Counted from the first letter of the stretch, positions 29,658 through 40,331 are shown. The stretch: 64,000 bases of DNA from an uncultured Chloroflexia bacterium (GCA_963765765.1 CAVXYC010000020.1:320001-384000), one strand, 5' to 3'. The notes: a model not told the origin generated them from the letters alone. Translations and numbers: made by a program.

Positions 29658-30302
29658 TTACTGGACCGGATCGTCGTTGCCCGGTGATACGGGCGTACGA
29701 CCTACGATCTCATCAACGAGGTGATACTCCTTTGCAGCCTCAGCGCTCATGAAGAAGTCACGATCCATATCGCGTGATATTCGTTCCTCATCCTGACCAC
29801 TGTGGTAGATCAGGATGTCCTTGATACGTGACTGGAGCCGAAGCACCTCACGCGCCTGGATCTCAATGTCCGCAGCCGTTCCCTGGAATCCGCCGGCAGC
29901 CTGGTGGATCATAATGGTCGAGTTCGGCAGCGAGTACCGCTTACCTTTGGCCCCGCCTGTGAGCAGCACGGCGCCCATGCTCGCCGCCATGCCCACGCAC
30001 GTCGTGGAGACGTCAGGGGTGATGAGCTGCATCGTGTCATAAATCGCGAGCCCGGCGTTCACGTATCCGCCAGGACTGTTGATGTACATCATGATGTCCT
30101 TTTCCGGATCCTCGCGCGCGAGGAACAGAAGTTGGGCAATGATGAGGTTCGCAACGTTATCGTCGATTCCAGAGCCCAGGAAAACGATCCGCTCCTTGAG
30201 AAGGAGGGAATAGATGTCGTACGCGCGCTCTCCGCGATTCGTAGTCTCGATGACCATCGGGACTACTTGATTCTTGATTCGTTCTGGCGTCCAATCGCTC
30301 AT
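29658..30302 (-). CDS. clpP: Clp protease proteolytic subunit
   Basis: [26 protein letters not shown]. Confidence 0.97.
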   Translation of the reverse strand: MSDWTPERIKNQVVPMVIETTNRGERAYDIYSLLLKERIVFLGSGIDDNVANLIIAQLLFLAREDPEKDIMMYINSPGGYVNAGLAIYDTMQLITPDVSTTCVGMAASMGAVLLTGGAKGKRYSLPNSTIMIHQAAGGFQGTAADIEIQAREVLRLQSRIKDILIYHSGQDEERISRDMDRDFFMSAEAAKEYHLVDEIVGRTPVSPGNDDPVQ

Positions 30303-31664
30303 GGTTTAGATTCTCCAACTGCCGCGGTCTGAGTCTCCTCAGCCGCGGTCTCCGATTCTTCTTTTTCCGTCTCTTTCGGCTTTCCATCGCCGCCTAACGC
30401 CAGATCCACGAGAGCCGCGGTGGCCTTGCGCTCGCGCAGCATGCCGGCGATGCGCTCTCGTGCAGCTTCACGCGCCATCGCCTGCTCCACAAGCTTGGGG
30501 CCGTTCTTGTCGCCCCCAACGGCCGTCTCTAGCTCTGAACGAATCTCATCGTCCGCGATGTCGATGGCCTCAGCTTTGGCGACTTCCTGCACCACAAGCG
30601 AACGTCGCACGGAACGTTCCGCGCGCTCATGGAAGCTCTTCTTCAGCGCTTCTTCTGATTCTCCAACAACAGAGATGTACTGATCGATCGGTATTCCCTG
30701 CGCACCCAGAGTTCGCTCTAGCTCGTGGAACATCTCGTCGGCGCGCTCCTCCACCATTTGAGGCGGAATATCGAGCGTTGCCTGGTCCGCAACAGCCGTC
30801 AGGACTTCATCAAGATGCTTACTTGCCGCCGCCTGTCTCTCACGACTTTCAAGGTCTTCCTTCACCGCGTCGCGTAGCGCCTGGATCGTCTCGTACTCAC
30901 CGACCGTTGCCGCAAAGGCATCGTCGGCCTCGGGAAGCTGCTTGGCCTTGATCCAGTGGATCGTCGCCGTGACGTCAACCGACTTGCCCTGCAGACGCTC
31001 GGTTTCGAAATCCTCGGGAACGGCTACGGTGTAAGCGATCTCGGCGCCAACTTCCTTGCCTACCAGGTGATCGCTGAATTCGGGGACTGGATTGACGCCT
31101 TCCGGATCAACAATGAACTCGGCATCACTGGCCTCGATCACTGTGTCCTCGCCGTCTTTCACCGCCGCATCGAGTCCTATCAAATCGCCGCCCTCTATGG
31201 GTCGCTCCACCGGCGTCCATTCGGCGTTTGATTGCCGCAGTCGCGTAATGACATCATCGATCTGCTCATCGGTGATATTCACCTCGTCCAGGGGGATCTT
31301 GACGTCCCGATAGTCGTCCGAGGGTCACCGTGGGCCGAATGGGGACCGTAGCCTTCACCTGGAGTGGGCTGATGTTCACCACCTCGAGCTTCGGGCGAGC
31401 GGCTGGAGTCAGCTGCTGCTCTTCGAGTGCATCCTCGAACACACTCGGAACGAGTTGTTGAACAGCGTCATCGAGCAACGCCTCTGGACCAATCATCCGC
31501 TCCACGAGCTGGCGAGGCGCTTTTCCGGGTCGAAACCCTGGCACTTTGACGCGCGTTACGGCGCGCCGATAAGCCTGATCGAGGGCCTTGTCAACTCGGT
31601 CCTGATCGACCTCAATGTCCAGTACAATCTGGCTTTGTTCGATGGGGGTCGCGGTAACCTTCAC
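30299..31664 (-). CDS. tig: Trigger factor (apparent frameshift near 31320)
   Basis: [10 protein letters not shown] signature; FKBP-like and C-terminal domains in next frame; upstream of clpP. Confidence 0.94.
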
Positions 31665-31881
31665 GCTCGAGTATCTCCTCGTTTCGACCGGTCCAAAACG
31701 CCGGGTCGCGCCGATAAACGGGACGGGCGTCGCCGAGCGCAGGTGGTACAAGCCCCGCCGGGGCCCACCTGACATTCTAGGCCATGCAAAACCGGGTCAG
31801 CAATGTCAAACAGGTTAGAACCTTGTCACAGTTGATGTTCAAATTTCCCGAAGGATTTGGTGCTCTATCCAGTAGTTCGTC

Positions 31882-32720
31882 GTGGAAAGCCTACCAGATG
31901 ATCGTTATCAGCGAATGCGTTTAAATCGTCTCAACGACCTGACACCCAAGGCGTGGATTCGCTTCCAGAAAAGCTGGTTCGTGCATGCGCCACCCAAACG
32001 GGCCAAGGGCATGGTCCGCCACCCCGCCAAATTCCCCGAATCGCTGGCGCAGGAGTTCATCGAGTTCTTCACGAAGCGCGGCCAATTGGTACTCGACCCG
32101 ATGGTAGGAACGGGTAGCACGCTCGTAGCCGCGGCACGCGCTGGCCGCGCCGGAGTGGGCATCGAGCTAAGTGACGAGTTTGCGAGCATCGCCGAGCAAG
32201 AGCTCCAGCGTGTGGCCGAGGACGAGCTACTCGATCTTTCAAACATCAGACTGTTCCATGAGGATGCTCGGAATATCGCATCTCTCGAGCTCCCGCCAGT
32301 GGACTACTGCATCACCAGCCCACCGTATTGGGACATGCTTCGCCAGAAGGGGTACGAGACTCAGCGAGAGCGACAGGACCGCGGTCTTCCAGTGACGTAC
32401 TCAGACGCAGACGACGACCTGGGAAACATCGCCGATTACGATAAGTTCCTCGAGCAGCTCACTCGGCATCTACGTCGAGCATTCACGCCGTACTTCGGCC
32501 GGGCGCCTATTTCACGGTCATAGTAAAAAATGTGAAGAAAGGCCCGCGCATGTACCCGCTCGCGTGGGATATCGCCCGCGGCATCAGCTCACACTTCACG
32601 CTAAAAGACGAGCGCATCTGGTGCCAGGACGATCAGCGCCTGGCGCCGTACGGCATGTTCAACGCCTGGGTGAGCAACACACACCACCACTATTGCCTGA
32701 TGTTCCGTAAGGAGCCGTAA
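31882..32720 (+). CDS. Orphan amino-DNA methyltransferase, SPPY type (frameshift near 32480-32520)
   Basis: HPAKFP, LDPMVGTGST (motif I), ITSPPYW (motif IV); C-terminal part in ORF 32532-32720. Confidence 0.82.
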
Positions 32721-32782
32721 GAAGGGGCCGCATCCCGTGGAGGTGCGGTTCTTCCTGCCGAACCCCCGGCCCGCGAGTTGCG

Positions 32783-33088
32783 TTGATCAACCAGCCTCCG
32801 AGCCGCGCACGTGGGATTCGGTTTCCAAAGGGAGACGATCGGGGACGCTACTTTCTACACATGGCGACGAAGCGATTTGTCGACTTCCCGGGCCGCGGTG
32901 GTCTCGTTTGGCGTTCCCGCGACATACCCTATCCAATCGAATTCAAGGCGTATTGGATGGTTCTGGTGATCCAGGCCATTCCGACGAGCCGTAGGTACGA
33001 TCAGGAAAGAAACCCAATCCCGGCTCACATGACGGGAATCAAGCTCGGTGACGCCTCGGCCCAGATCGATGCGGCTGCTCAGATCTAA
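32783..33088 (+). CDS. Possible hypothetical protein
   Basis: Only plausible ORF in gap; no recognised motif. Confidence 0.25.
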   Translation: MINQPPSRARGIRFPKGDDRGRYFLHMATKRFVDFPGRGGLVWRSRDIPYPIEFKAYWMVLVIQAIPTSRRYDQERNPIPAHMTGIKLGDASAQIDAAAQI

Positions 33089-33246
33089 ATGAGCTCGGCG
33101 CCGCCAGCTGCCCAATCGCCGCGCGCGGCTCGGGCGCCAGCTAAAAAAGCTGAGTTGTCACGCAGATGCGGCCGCCTGTGCGTGCCGACACCGCCTGGTA
33201 CGGAATCCATGTGTATGAAGGAGATCGATCTCAGCCCCTTCGGCCT

Positions 33247-33273
33247 CGTCGATTTACACCATCCCCGAGCGTC
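33247..33273 (+). promoter_or_regulatory. ECF42-like promoter motif
   Basis: CGTCGA-N17-CGTC, 45 nt upstream of DHFR-like gene. Confidence 0.5.
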
Positions 33274-33317
33274 CCAGTAACGAGGCACGATCCAAACCTA
33301 CGCAATGGGAGGAAATC

Positions 33318-34003
33318 ATGCGAAAGATTATCTGGGCGGCATTTGTGAGTCTCGATGGTGTCATGCAGGCGCCAGGTGGCCCCGAAGAAGATCCCACAGG
33401 AGATTTCAAATTCGGCGGCTGGACAACGACCTACTGGGACGACGCGATTGGTCAGGCACTCTCTGAGACCTTCGGCCAACACTACGATCTGCTGCTCGGA
33501 CGCAAGACCTACGAGATTTTCGCCGCGCACTGGCCATATATCGAAGTGGATGCATCAAAAAGCTCATTTGACGCTGCGGAGGCCAGCGTTGCCAACACGT
33601 TCAATAAGGTCACGAAGTACGTGGCCAGCCGCACCAGGCCTGAGCTCGCCTGGCAGAACAGCAAGTGGCTGGGCCAGGATGCCGTAGCCGCCGTCCGTGA
33701 CTTAAAGCCGACGACGGTCCGGATCTGCTGATTCAGGGCTCCAGTGACTTCAGTCAGTCACTGCTTGCTGCCGATCTGATCAACGACATTCGACTCATCA
33801 TCTATCCGCTAGCGCTTGCCAAGGGAAAACGCTTGTTCGGCGCCGGCACAATTCCGGGCGCCTTCAAGTTGACCCGCTGCACATCCTCGGAGAGCGGCCT
33901 CATCGCCGCCTCGTACGAGCGCGCTGGTGACATTCAGACAGGTTCCTTCGCCCCGGACACTCCGTCGGATGCAGAGATAGATCGGCGAAAGAATCTCAAA
34001 TGA
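33318..34003 (+). CDS. Dihydrofolate-reductase-like (RibD C-terminal) protein, copy 1 (frameshift near 33710)
   Basis: FVSLDGVMQAPGGPEED, LLLGRKTYEIF, LIQGSS, GKRLFG. Confidence 0.88.
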
Positions 34004-34088
34004 GTAGGTGATCCTATGCGCCCAGGTAGAGCGTGACTTCCCAATTCACAACGATTTTCCGAGAACCATGAACACGAGAGGACAAAAC

Positions 34089-34496
34089 ATGAGCACCAAG
34101 ATCTTCATCAACATGCCGGTAAAGGATCTAAATAGGTCAATGGAGTTTTTCAGAGCGATCGGCTGGACGTTCAACCAACAGTTCACCGACGAGACGGCGG
34201 CGTCTATGGTCATCACGGATGACATTTACGCCATGCTGCTCACCCATGAGAAATTCAGCGAATTTACGGATAGGAAGATCGCCGACACGGGCACGGCGGA
34301 AGTGCTGATCGCTCTTAGCGTGGACAGTAAAGCTGACGTGGATCGAATTGCTGACGCCGCGCTTAAAGCGGGTGGCAAGGAAGCTAAACCGCCACAAGAT
34401 TACGGCTTCATGCAGCTACGCACGTTCCTCGATCTCGACGGCCACCATTGGGAGATCCTGTACATGGATCCCAACCACGTCCAGCCAACGGCGTAA
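34089..34496 (+). CDS. VOC/glyoxalase family protein, copy 1
   Basis: IFINMPVKDL, FN.QFTDE.A, DYGFM..R.F.DLDGH.WE. Confidence 0.92.
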   Translation: MSTKIFINMPVKDLNRSMEFFRAIGWTFNQQFTDETAASMVITDDIYAMLLTHEKFSEFTDRKIADTGTAEVLIALSVDSKADVDRIADAALKAGGKEAKPPQDYGFMQLRTFLDLDGHHWEILYMDPNHVQPTA

Positions 34497-34926
34497 GTCG
34501 GCTGACGTCACATCAGGAAGCCCTCACGCTACGGAGGGTCGCTCGGTCATGAACGAGTCCCGTGCTCACTCGTCCATGACCGGCGCGAACGACATGGCTC
34601 ACCGTTCAGCTTGAACGGGCTGACCGATTGGCTCGGTGGTCCCGTCGGGTAAGCTCTCATTGGTGTTATGCGCACCAGATTCTGCGTGGCGCCCACTAGA
34701 ACGAGACGCTCTCGGCATCGAGTCGCTGGGCCATTCGTCGGCCGAACAGCAGTCGGTTGGAGCTTCCTGGGTGCGTGAGCAGTCGATTCGCCGGGCAGCG
34801 GATTGCCCGGCGTCCAGGGTTAGGTACAGCTTCAGGTGATCAGCGTAGTGAACTCCCGCCACTCCGGCGAGTTCCCTCTCAGCCCGCGTACACAGCTGAC
34901 TTGGCTTGGGCTGCGCGGGTAGCAGG

Positions 34927-35646
34927 GTGCTGCTCACGGTCATGACCTACAACGTCGGCAACGGCCTGGCTCGGCCCGAGCGGCTGGTAAGGCTGTTGCG
35001 TGAGGCGGCTGCCGACCTGGTCGGCTTGCAGGAGCTCACCGCCGCGCAGGCGCTGGCGTTGCAGACGGAGCTAGCTAACTTATACCCGTACCAGGTCCTT
35101 ACACCCACTGGCTTCACCGGCAAGGGCGTGCTGAGCCGCTACCCGGTGGTGTCACACGAACGACTCGAGCTGTACCCGGACCGCCCCGACGCGCGAGCTA
35201 CGGTTGAGGTTGAAGGCACACGTCTCAATTTCCTGGTCGCGCACCCACCTCCCCCAGGCTTGAGCGGTCTTCGCATCAACTTCCACCCCATGGCGGTGTC
35301 CCAACTGGACACGCTCGCTACCCTGGCGCTCGAGCATGCGCCCAGCGTACTGGTGGGTGATTTCAACATGACCCCTCGCAACCCGGTGTACGCCCGGTTT
35401 GTGGCCGCCGGGCTCGAGGACGCCTTTGCCACTACCGGCTCCGGCCTGGGTTGGACCTTCCCGAAGCGACTGGGACACTCGGCGCGCATCAGGCATCGGC
35501 TGCACGGATTCCCACTGCGCCTCGTCACCCGATTCGATTACATCTGGACTACGCCAGGATTACAGGCCGAGTCAGCATGGGTTGGCGCCGATGCCGGGTC
35601 GGACCACTTGCCGGTACTGGCTCGAGTCGTGCTTCCGCCCGTGTGA
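34927..35646 (+). CDS. Endonuclease/exonuclease/phosphatase (EEP) family protein
   Basis: MTYNV, VGLQE, GDFN, RFDYIW, SDHLPV. Confidence 0.9.
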   Translation: MLLTVMTYNVGNGLARPERLVRLLREAAADLVGLQELTAAQALALQTELANLYPYQVLTPTGFTGKGVLSRYPVVSHERLELYPDRPDARATVEVEGTRLNFLVAHPPPPGLSGLRINFHPMAVSQLDTLATLALEHAPSVLVGDFNMTPRNPVYARFVAAGLEDAFATTGSGLGWTFPKRLGHSARIRHRLHGFPLRLVTRFDYIWTTPGLQAESAWVGADAGSDHLPVLARVVLPPV

Positions 35647-35651
35647 CGCGG

Positions 35652-37652
35652 TCAGACGTGCTGGCTCAGGAACGCGTGCAGCTGCTCGGCCCCGACGATT
35701 GGCTCCGAGAGCGGCCCCCACTCAGACGGGTACAGCAGGAATGGCGCGGTCTGGGCGCCACCGGCGCCGCCGTGGCAGCCGATAAGCTCCTCGAAGGCCG
35801 CCACCTGCCCGGTCTCGGGCTCCCACAGACTGTTCACGACAAGGTCACCGACATCGGTGTAGGTGGACAGGCGCCGCAGGAAGTGGGACGTGCTGGGGCT
35901 TAACCCGGCGAGCGGGTCCTCCCCCGTCACACTGTCATCCTGGAGGTTACGTTGGCCTCTGGGACCCAGCACGACGGGCCCCCCTGCGACCTCCGACTCG
36001 ACGAGCACGAACCCGATGCCCGGATGTCGGACAAGCTCCTCGAGCAGCCCCGGATAAACCCTGTCGATGGCTTCCAGGCTGAGACGCTCAGAGTACTGAG
36101 TAAAGTACACCAGCGCCAGGTTCCCGGAGGCGCAAACCACGACGTTCGCATCGTTGACTGGTGGACGATCTCGGGCCGCCGGATCAAGCGCCTCAGGCCG
36201 CCCGATGCCAAGGTGCTGCACGATCCAGCGCCCCGCGCCTCCCACGGCGCCGCCGAGTGGCGTAACCTCACTGACCAGCGCGTCAACCTGACCCGGGCCC
36301 TCACCACTGCCAGCCGCCAGTCGGACATCCGTGTCAGGCAACAAGCTCCTTACCAGCTCGTCGAGCGTCTGCCCGAACCGCTGGTGAAATGTCGCCCCGG
36401 TACTCTGGCCGTGGTCCGATAGCACGACGAACCGGTATTGACGGGGCGCCCGCCGGGCAGCGCTCTCCAGCTGCTGAAGCTGCCCCTCCATCTTACGCAG
36501 CACACTACGGGCGTCTTCTGTTGCGGGCCCGGCGTGGTGCGCCACCTCGTCGTAGCCAAGGTAGTCCGCATACACGACACGTCGGCCGGCGAACATGTCA
36601 GCCACGATCGTCCACGTTGTGATGTCACGCAGCAGGACCACCGTGATCGAGCGTGCGAGCCGATAACTGCGGTCGCGCTCCATCCGTGGCTGAACATCAT
36701 CTAGGCGCTGCCGGCGGGCCTGCCGGCGCTCCAGCAGCACGTCCCACAACATGGCGCCCAGGGCCCGGTATAGGTTGTAAGGATTGACAAAGTAGTCGTA
36801 GAGGTCGCGTGACCTAACCGTGAGCTGGCCCGACTCACTGGTCAGGTGGCTCATGGTGACCACACAGTGTTCGGCGCCGCCGGCGACGATGTTGGCGACA
36901 CTGGAGCCTTCCTCGCGCAAGAGGCCGTGATCGGTTGACTGGCGCTGGTCGATCAGATGCGCATCGTTGGGGTGGTTGGACACCATCAGGCGACCACTCG
37001 ACTTCTCATACCAGCGGAAGGCAGGAATGTTGGCGTTGTTCCCATACAGGATGCCCGTTTGGCCACTGGTGGTCATTGACGGGAGATCACACTCCCAACC
37101 CTCGAGTCGGTGGCTGCCCGAAGCGAGCCAGCGCGCCAGGGTCGGCAGCCCGCCAGCTTCGAGCTCGTGCCGCAGGATCGGCTCCGCCAGGCCATCGATC
37201 TGGATCAGAATCGTGCCGGGCTCGTTCAGGTCAGAGGTCGGGACGCGGCGCCTCTGCAGCCAACGCACGACGTTTCGATAGAACGAGTCGTCGTCATTGA
37301 TCCCGAGCAGACCGCTGAGGAGCGTATTCAGAATGGCCAGACCGAACGCGAGCAGAAACGCGGTCCAGAAGCCATCAACCGCGAAGCCCGGCACGATCGC
37401 CGCGGCGACGAGCACGATCAGTCCGTTAAGGGCGAAAGCGGTCAGCAAAAAGCGCGCCAGGCCCAGGTTGACCGACAGCAGCATGATTGCGGGCCGAACC
37501 AGCGCGTTGAGCGCGCCGATGACCAGCACCACCAGGAGGCCGCTTTTCCAATCGGCAACAAAGACCCCAGGCAGGAGCCGCACCAGCACCGCCAGGGCGA
37601 CGGCCTCAATGGCCCAGGTGACGAGGCCGCGAATCGTGAGCTTGACTAGCAT
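35652..37652 (-). CDS. Membrane protein: 4-TM holin-like domain fused to alkaline-phosphatase/phosphodiesterase domain
   Basis: Hydrophobic N-terminus (LNAL.RP, VPGF.VDG); IQIDGL, GYDEVAHH.GP, LSDHGQ, HGG.GG.Q. Confidence 0.85.
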   Translation of the reverse strand: MLVKLTIRGLVTWAIEAVALAVLVRLLPGVFVADWKSGLLVVLVIGALNALVRPAIMLLSVNLGLARFLLTAFALNGLIVLVAAAIVPGFAVDGFWTAFLLAFGLAILNTLLSGLLGINDDDSFYRNVVRWLQRRRVPTSDLNEPGTILIQIDGLAEPILRHELEAGGLPTLARWLASGSHRLEGWECDLPSMTTSGQTGILYGNNANIPAFRWYEKSSGRLMVSNHPNDAHLIDQRQSTDHGLLREEGSSVANIVAGGAEHCVVTMSHLTSESGQLTVRSRDLYDYFVNPYNLYRALGAMLWDVLLERRQARRQRLDDVQPRMERDRSYRLARSITVVLLRDITTWTIVADMFAGRRVVYADYLGYDEVAHHAGPATEDARSVLRKMEGQLQQLESAARRAPRQYRFVVLSDHGQSTGATFHQRFGQTLDELVRSLLPDTDVRLAAGSGEGPGQVDALVSEVTPLGGAVGGAGRWIVQHLGIGRPEALDPAARDRPPVNDANVVVCASGNLALVYFTQYSERLSLEAIDRVYPGLLEELVRHPGIGFVLVESEVAGGPVVLGPRGQRNLQDDSVTGEDPLAGLSPSTSHFLRRLSTYTDVGDLVVNSLWEPETGQVAAFEELIGCHGGAGGAQTAPFLLYPSEWGPLSEPIVGAEQLHAFLSQHV

Positions 37653-37924
37653 CAGGCGGCGCGCGTGCGCGTCTTCTCGCTGCACAGACTGTCCACGGTG
37701 CCCAGGTCCTGGATCGCCTCTAGCCGGCGCACGATCACTTTCTCCCAAACCATGCGCTGTGCATTCGCGCTCAGCATGGCGGTCGCAATTATCGACAGGA
37801 ATTCGGTTGTGAGGCCAGCCGCCCAGAGACACCGCGAAAAGCTCGACTCGAGTGGATCCTGGCACCACAGAGCGTTCACCTGGAAGACAAGAGCGCTACC
37901 CACCACCTGTGCTCGGGATGGCAC
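37652..37924 (-). pseudogene. Internal remnant of an MgtA-like P-type ATPase
   Basis: GLTTEFLSII.TA.L...A.RM..EKVIVRRLEAIQDLG.VD.LCSEKTRT mirrors GLTPE.LP.IVT..L...KVIVK.L.AIQN.G.MD.LCTDKTGT with the phospho-Asp lost. Confidence 0.7.
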
Positions 37925-37969
37925 GCGATCCGCTTCGTCGGCAACCCTGACACTTGATGGTCACGGCAA

Positions 37970-38806
37970 TCAGGCGTCGCGAAGCACGCGATCCAGCGTC
38001 TTCGCAAATTTATCCGGGTGCTCGCCAAACCCGCCGTGGTCGCCCGGGAAGACCACCGGATCGATACCGAGCAGGCCTGCCAGTGCCCTGGCGGACCGAT
38101 TCGCGATCTGCCCGTCTGTTTCTTCTCCAACTCCCACAATAACCTTGACCTCACCGGAGCCTAGGCTGACCGTGTCTGGCACGTAATACGAGATCGGCTT
38201 GAGACCGTGCGCGAAGAAATAGTCCAGGTTGCCGCCGATGCGAGCGAACGCTTCCGCGGCCTCGGGAGGCATTTGGGCCGGATCCGGCGGCCCCTGAGCA
38301 CCATCGAGCCCGGCCATGCTCATAAACAGCTGCATCGCCGCTCCTGCGCCATCTCGTCGATACGCGGATTCGATCTCATCAGTTGATCGCATGATCGCCG
38401 ATTTGTCGGGAAGAAGCTGGACGCACGGCGGCTCGTGCGCCACCAGGCGCCGCACGCTCTCAGGATGCCGCGCCGCGAGATTGAGCCCGATCTGCGCGCC
38501 GCCACTGTTTCCGAACACGTACGCTGGACCAGCACCGAACGACTCAATGAGTCGCGCTGCGTCATCGCCGTGCACGTCCATTGATTGTTCGACAGGTGCG
38601 GCATCAAACGTGCTGCGGGAGTTTCCCCGAGGATCGTACGCGACGACCGTATAGCGGTCGGCAAGAGAAGGGACGAGCCCGTCGTAGATGCCGGCGTCCG
38701 TTGGGCCACCAGGGATAAGTAGCAGGAGAGGGCCTGAGCCGTGCGTCTCGTAGTAGATCGAGGCTCCAGGTACCTTGAGCGCCTGTCCGTGTTGAGTGGT
38801 TGCCAT
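37970..38806 (-). CDS. Alpha/beta hydrolase
   Basis: YDPRGNSRS, GNSGG nucleophile elbow, AHEPP, PGDHGGF. Confidence 0.92.
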   Translation of the reverse strand: MATTQHGQALKVPGASIYYETHGSGPLLLLIPGGPTDAGIYDGLVPSLADRYTVVAYDPRGNSRSTFDAAPVEQSMDVHGDDAARLIESFGAGPAYVFGNSGGAQIGLNLAARHPESVRRLVAHEPPCVQLLPDKSAIMRSTDEIESAYRRDGAGAAMQLFMSMAGLDGAQGPPDPAQMPPEAAEAFARIGGNLDYFFAHGLKPISYYVPDTVSLGSGEVKVIVGVGEETDGQIANRSARALAGLLGIDPVVFPGDHGGFGEHPDKFAKTLDRVLRDA

Positions 38807-38853
38807 GTGCTGCCTCCATTCGACTCCCCGCCGGGAATCGATTACAAACAGGA

Positions 38854-38880
38854 GACGGATGAGAAGCTACCGAATCGACA
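38854..38880 (-). promoter_or_regulatory. ECF42-like promoter motif
   Basis: TGTCGA-N17-CGTC upstream of the alpha/beta hydrolase. Confidence 0.6.
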
Positions 38881-38925
38881 GTTTCTGGCACTGATCAGGG
38901 ACGCCTGCCTTACCGTGGAGCTGAA

Positions 38926-39000
38926 TGGCGAGCACGGAGGGATTCGAACCCCGATACCTGGTTCCGAAGAAGAGTGCTCTACCCGCTGAGCTACGGGTGT
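38926..39000 (-). pseudogene. Degenerate full-length tRNA-Arg(UCG) copy
   Basis: Aligns end to end with tRNA at 54770-54845 with about 8 substitutions and 1 deletion that break the acceptor and anticodon stems. Confidence 0.85.
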
Positions 39001-39117
39001 GCGCATCGCTGAGAAACACTGTCATACGGCTAGCTCAATCACTCAGTGTCGCGGCAACTTCTCGTGCACTGACTAACGTCCGAGCCATGCTTTCATCGAG
39101 CGAGATTTCCCAACCGA

Positions 39118-39144
39118 TGTCGAATCGTGCCTTCCCCGTTCGAC
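39118..39144 (+). promoter_or_regulatory. ECF42-like promoter motif
   Basis: TGTCGA-N17-CGAC, about 50 nt upstream of DHFR-like copy 2. Confidence 0.6.
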
Positions 39145-39194
39145 CTATGAGTGAGCTGGTGCTCCGGCCCACGCATTGAAACGGGAGAGAGAAG

Positions 39195-39836
39195 ATGAGA
39201 AAGATCATTTCGGCCGCGTTCGTCAGTCTTGATGGCGTCATGCAGGCTCCGGGCGGTCCTGAGGAGGACCCAACGGGCGGCTTCGAGTACGGCGGTTGGA
39301 CTGCCCCATACTGGGACGAGAACTTCGGTCAGGGCACGGCGGAGAACTTCGGTCGCCCGTTCGATCTTCTGTTGGGCCGCAAGACGTATGAGATATGGGC
39401 TGGTTATTGGCCACATGTCGACGTCGATCCTAGCGCGAGCACGTTCAACGAGCTGATGGCAGCCATCGCAAACAACTTCAACAGCGCCACGAAATACGTG
39501 GCCACACGCTCAGAACCCGAGCTGACCTGGCAGAACAGCAAGTGGCTGGGCGATGACGCAGTGGCCTCCGTCCGCGACTTGAAGGCAGGCGATGGCACGG
39601 ATCTGCTCATCCAGGGCTCCAGCGACTTTTCCCAGTCGCTCATTGCCGCTGACCTGATTGACGAGTATCGACTGCTGATCTACCCACTGATCCTGGGTAA
39701 GGGCAAGCGACTGTTCGGGGAGGGCGTCGTTCCGGTCGCATTCAAGCTGACCCGCTCGGTTGCTTCGCCGAGCGGTGTGATCGTCGCCTCGTACGAACGG
39801 GACGGTGATATCAAGACGGGTTCATTCGAGCTCTAG
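39195..39836 (+). CDS. Dihydrofolate-reductase-like (RibD C-terminal) protein, copy 2
   Basis: Close paralog of 33318-34003 with the same motifs. Confidence 0.92.
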   Translation: MRKIISAAFVSLDGVMQAPGGPEEDPTGGFEYGGWTAPYWDENFGQGTAENFGRPFDLLLGRKTYEIWAGYWPHVDVDPSASTFNELMAAIANNFNSATKYVATRSEPELTWQNSKWLGDDAVASVRDLKAGDGTDLLIQGSSDFSQSLIAADLIDEYRLLIYPLILGKGKRLFGEGVVPVAFKLTRSVASPSGVIVASYERDGDIKTGSFEL

Positions 39837-39905
39837 AGGTAGACAGCCCGAACCGCAAGAATTCATCACTTGATCAACTCGACCACAAATGAAAGATGAG
39901 ACACT

Positions 39906-40331
39906 ATGAGCTACAAGATTTGCGTCAACCTGCCGGTAAAGCACCTGAAAAAATCAATCGAGTTCTTCAAGGCGCTCGGCTGGACGTTCAACCCCCAGTT
40001 CACCGACGAGACAGCAGCCTCACTGGTCATCTCAGACGAGATCTATGCCATGCTGCTCACGCACGAAAAATTCAGTGAGTTCACCGACCGGAAGATAGCC
40101 GACCCGGGCACGGTAGAAATGACGATCGCCCTCGGCGTCGATAGCAAGGCTGAGGTCGACCGCATCGCGGACGCCGCCATCGCAGCCGGCGGAAAGGAAG
40201 CCGAACCCCCGCAGGATTACGGCTTCATGCAGCAACGGAGCTTTCTCGACCTCGACGGACACGGTTGGGTGGTTCTCTACATGGATCCTGCCCAGGTTGC
40301 AGGCCGCCTCATAATGTTCCGAGCATCCTGA
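39906..40331 (+). CDS. VOC/glyoxalase family protein, copy 2
   Basis: Close paralog of 34089-34496. Confidence 0.9.
   Translation: MSYKICVNLPVKHLKKSIEFFKALGWTFNPQFTDETAASLVISDEIYAMLLTHEKFSEFTDRKIADPGTVEMTIALGVDSKAEVDRIADAAIAAGGKEAEPPQDYGFMQQRSFLDLDGHGWVVLYMDPAQVAGRLIMFRAS

Noticed and set aside
35652-37652. Prophage, because of the holin-like domain
   Set aside because: It is a common chromosomal membrane-domain/phosphodiesterase fusion; no phage structural genes nearby.
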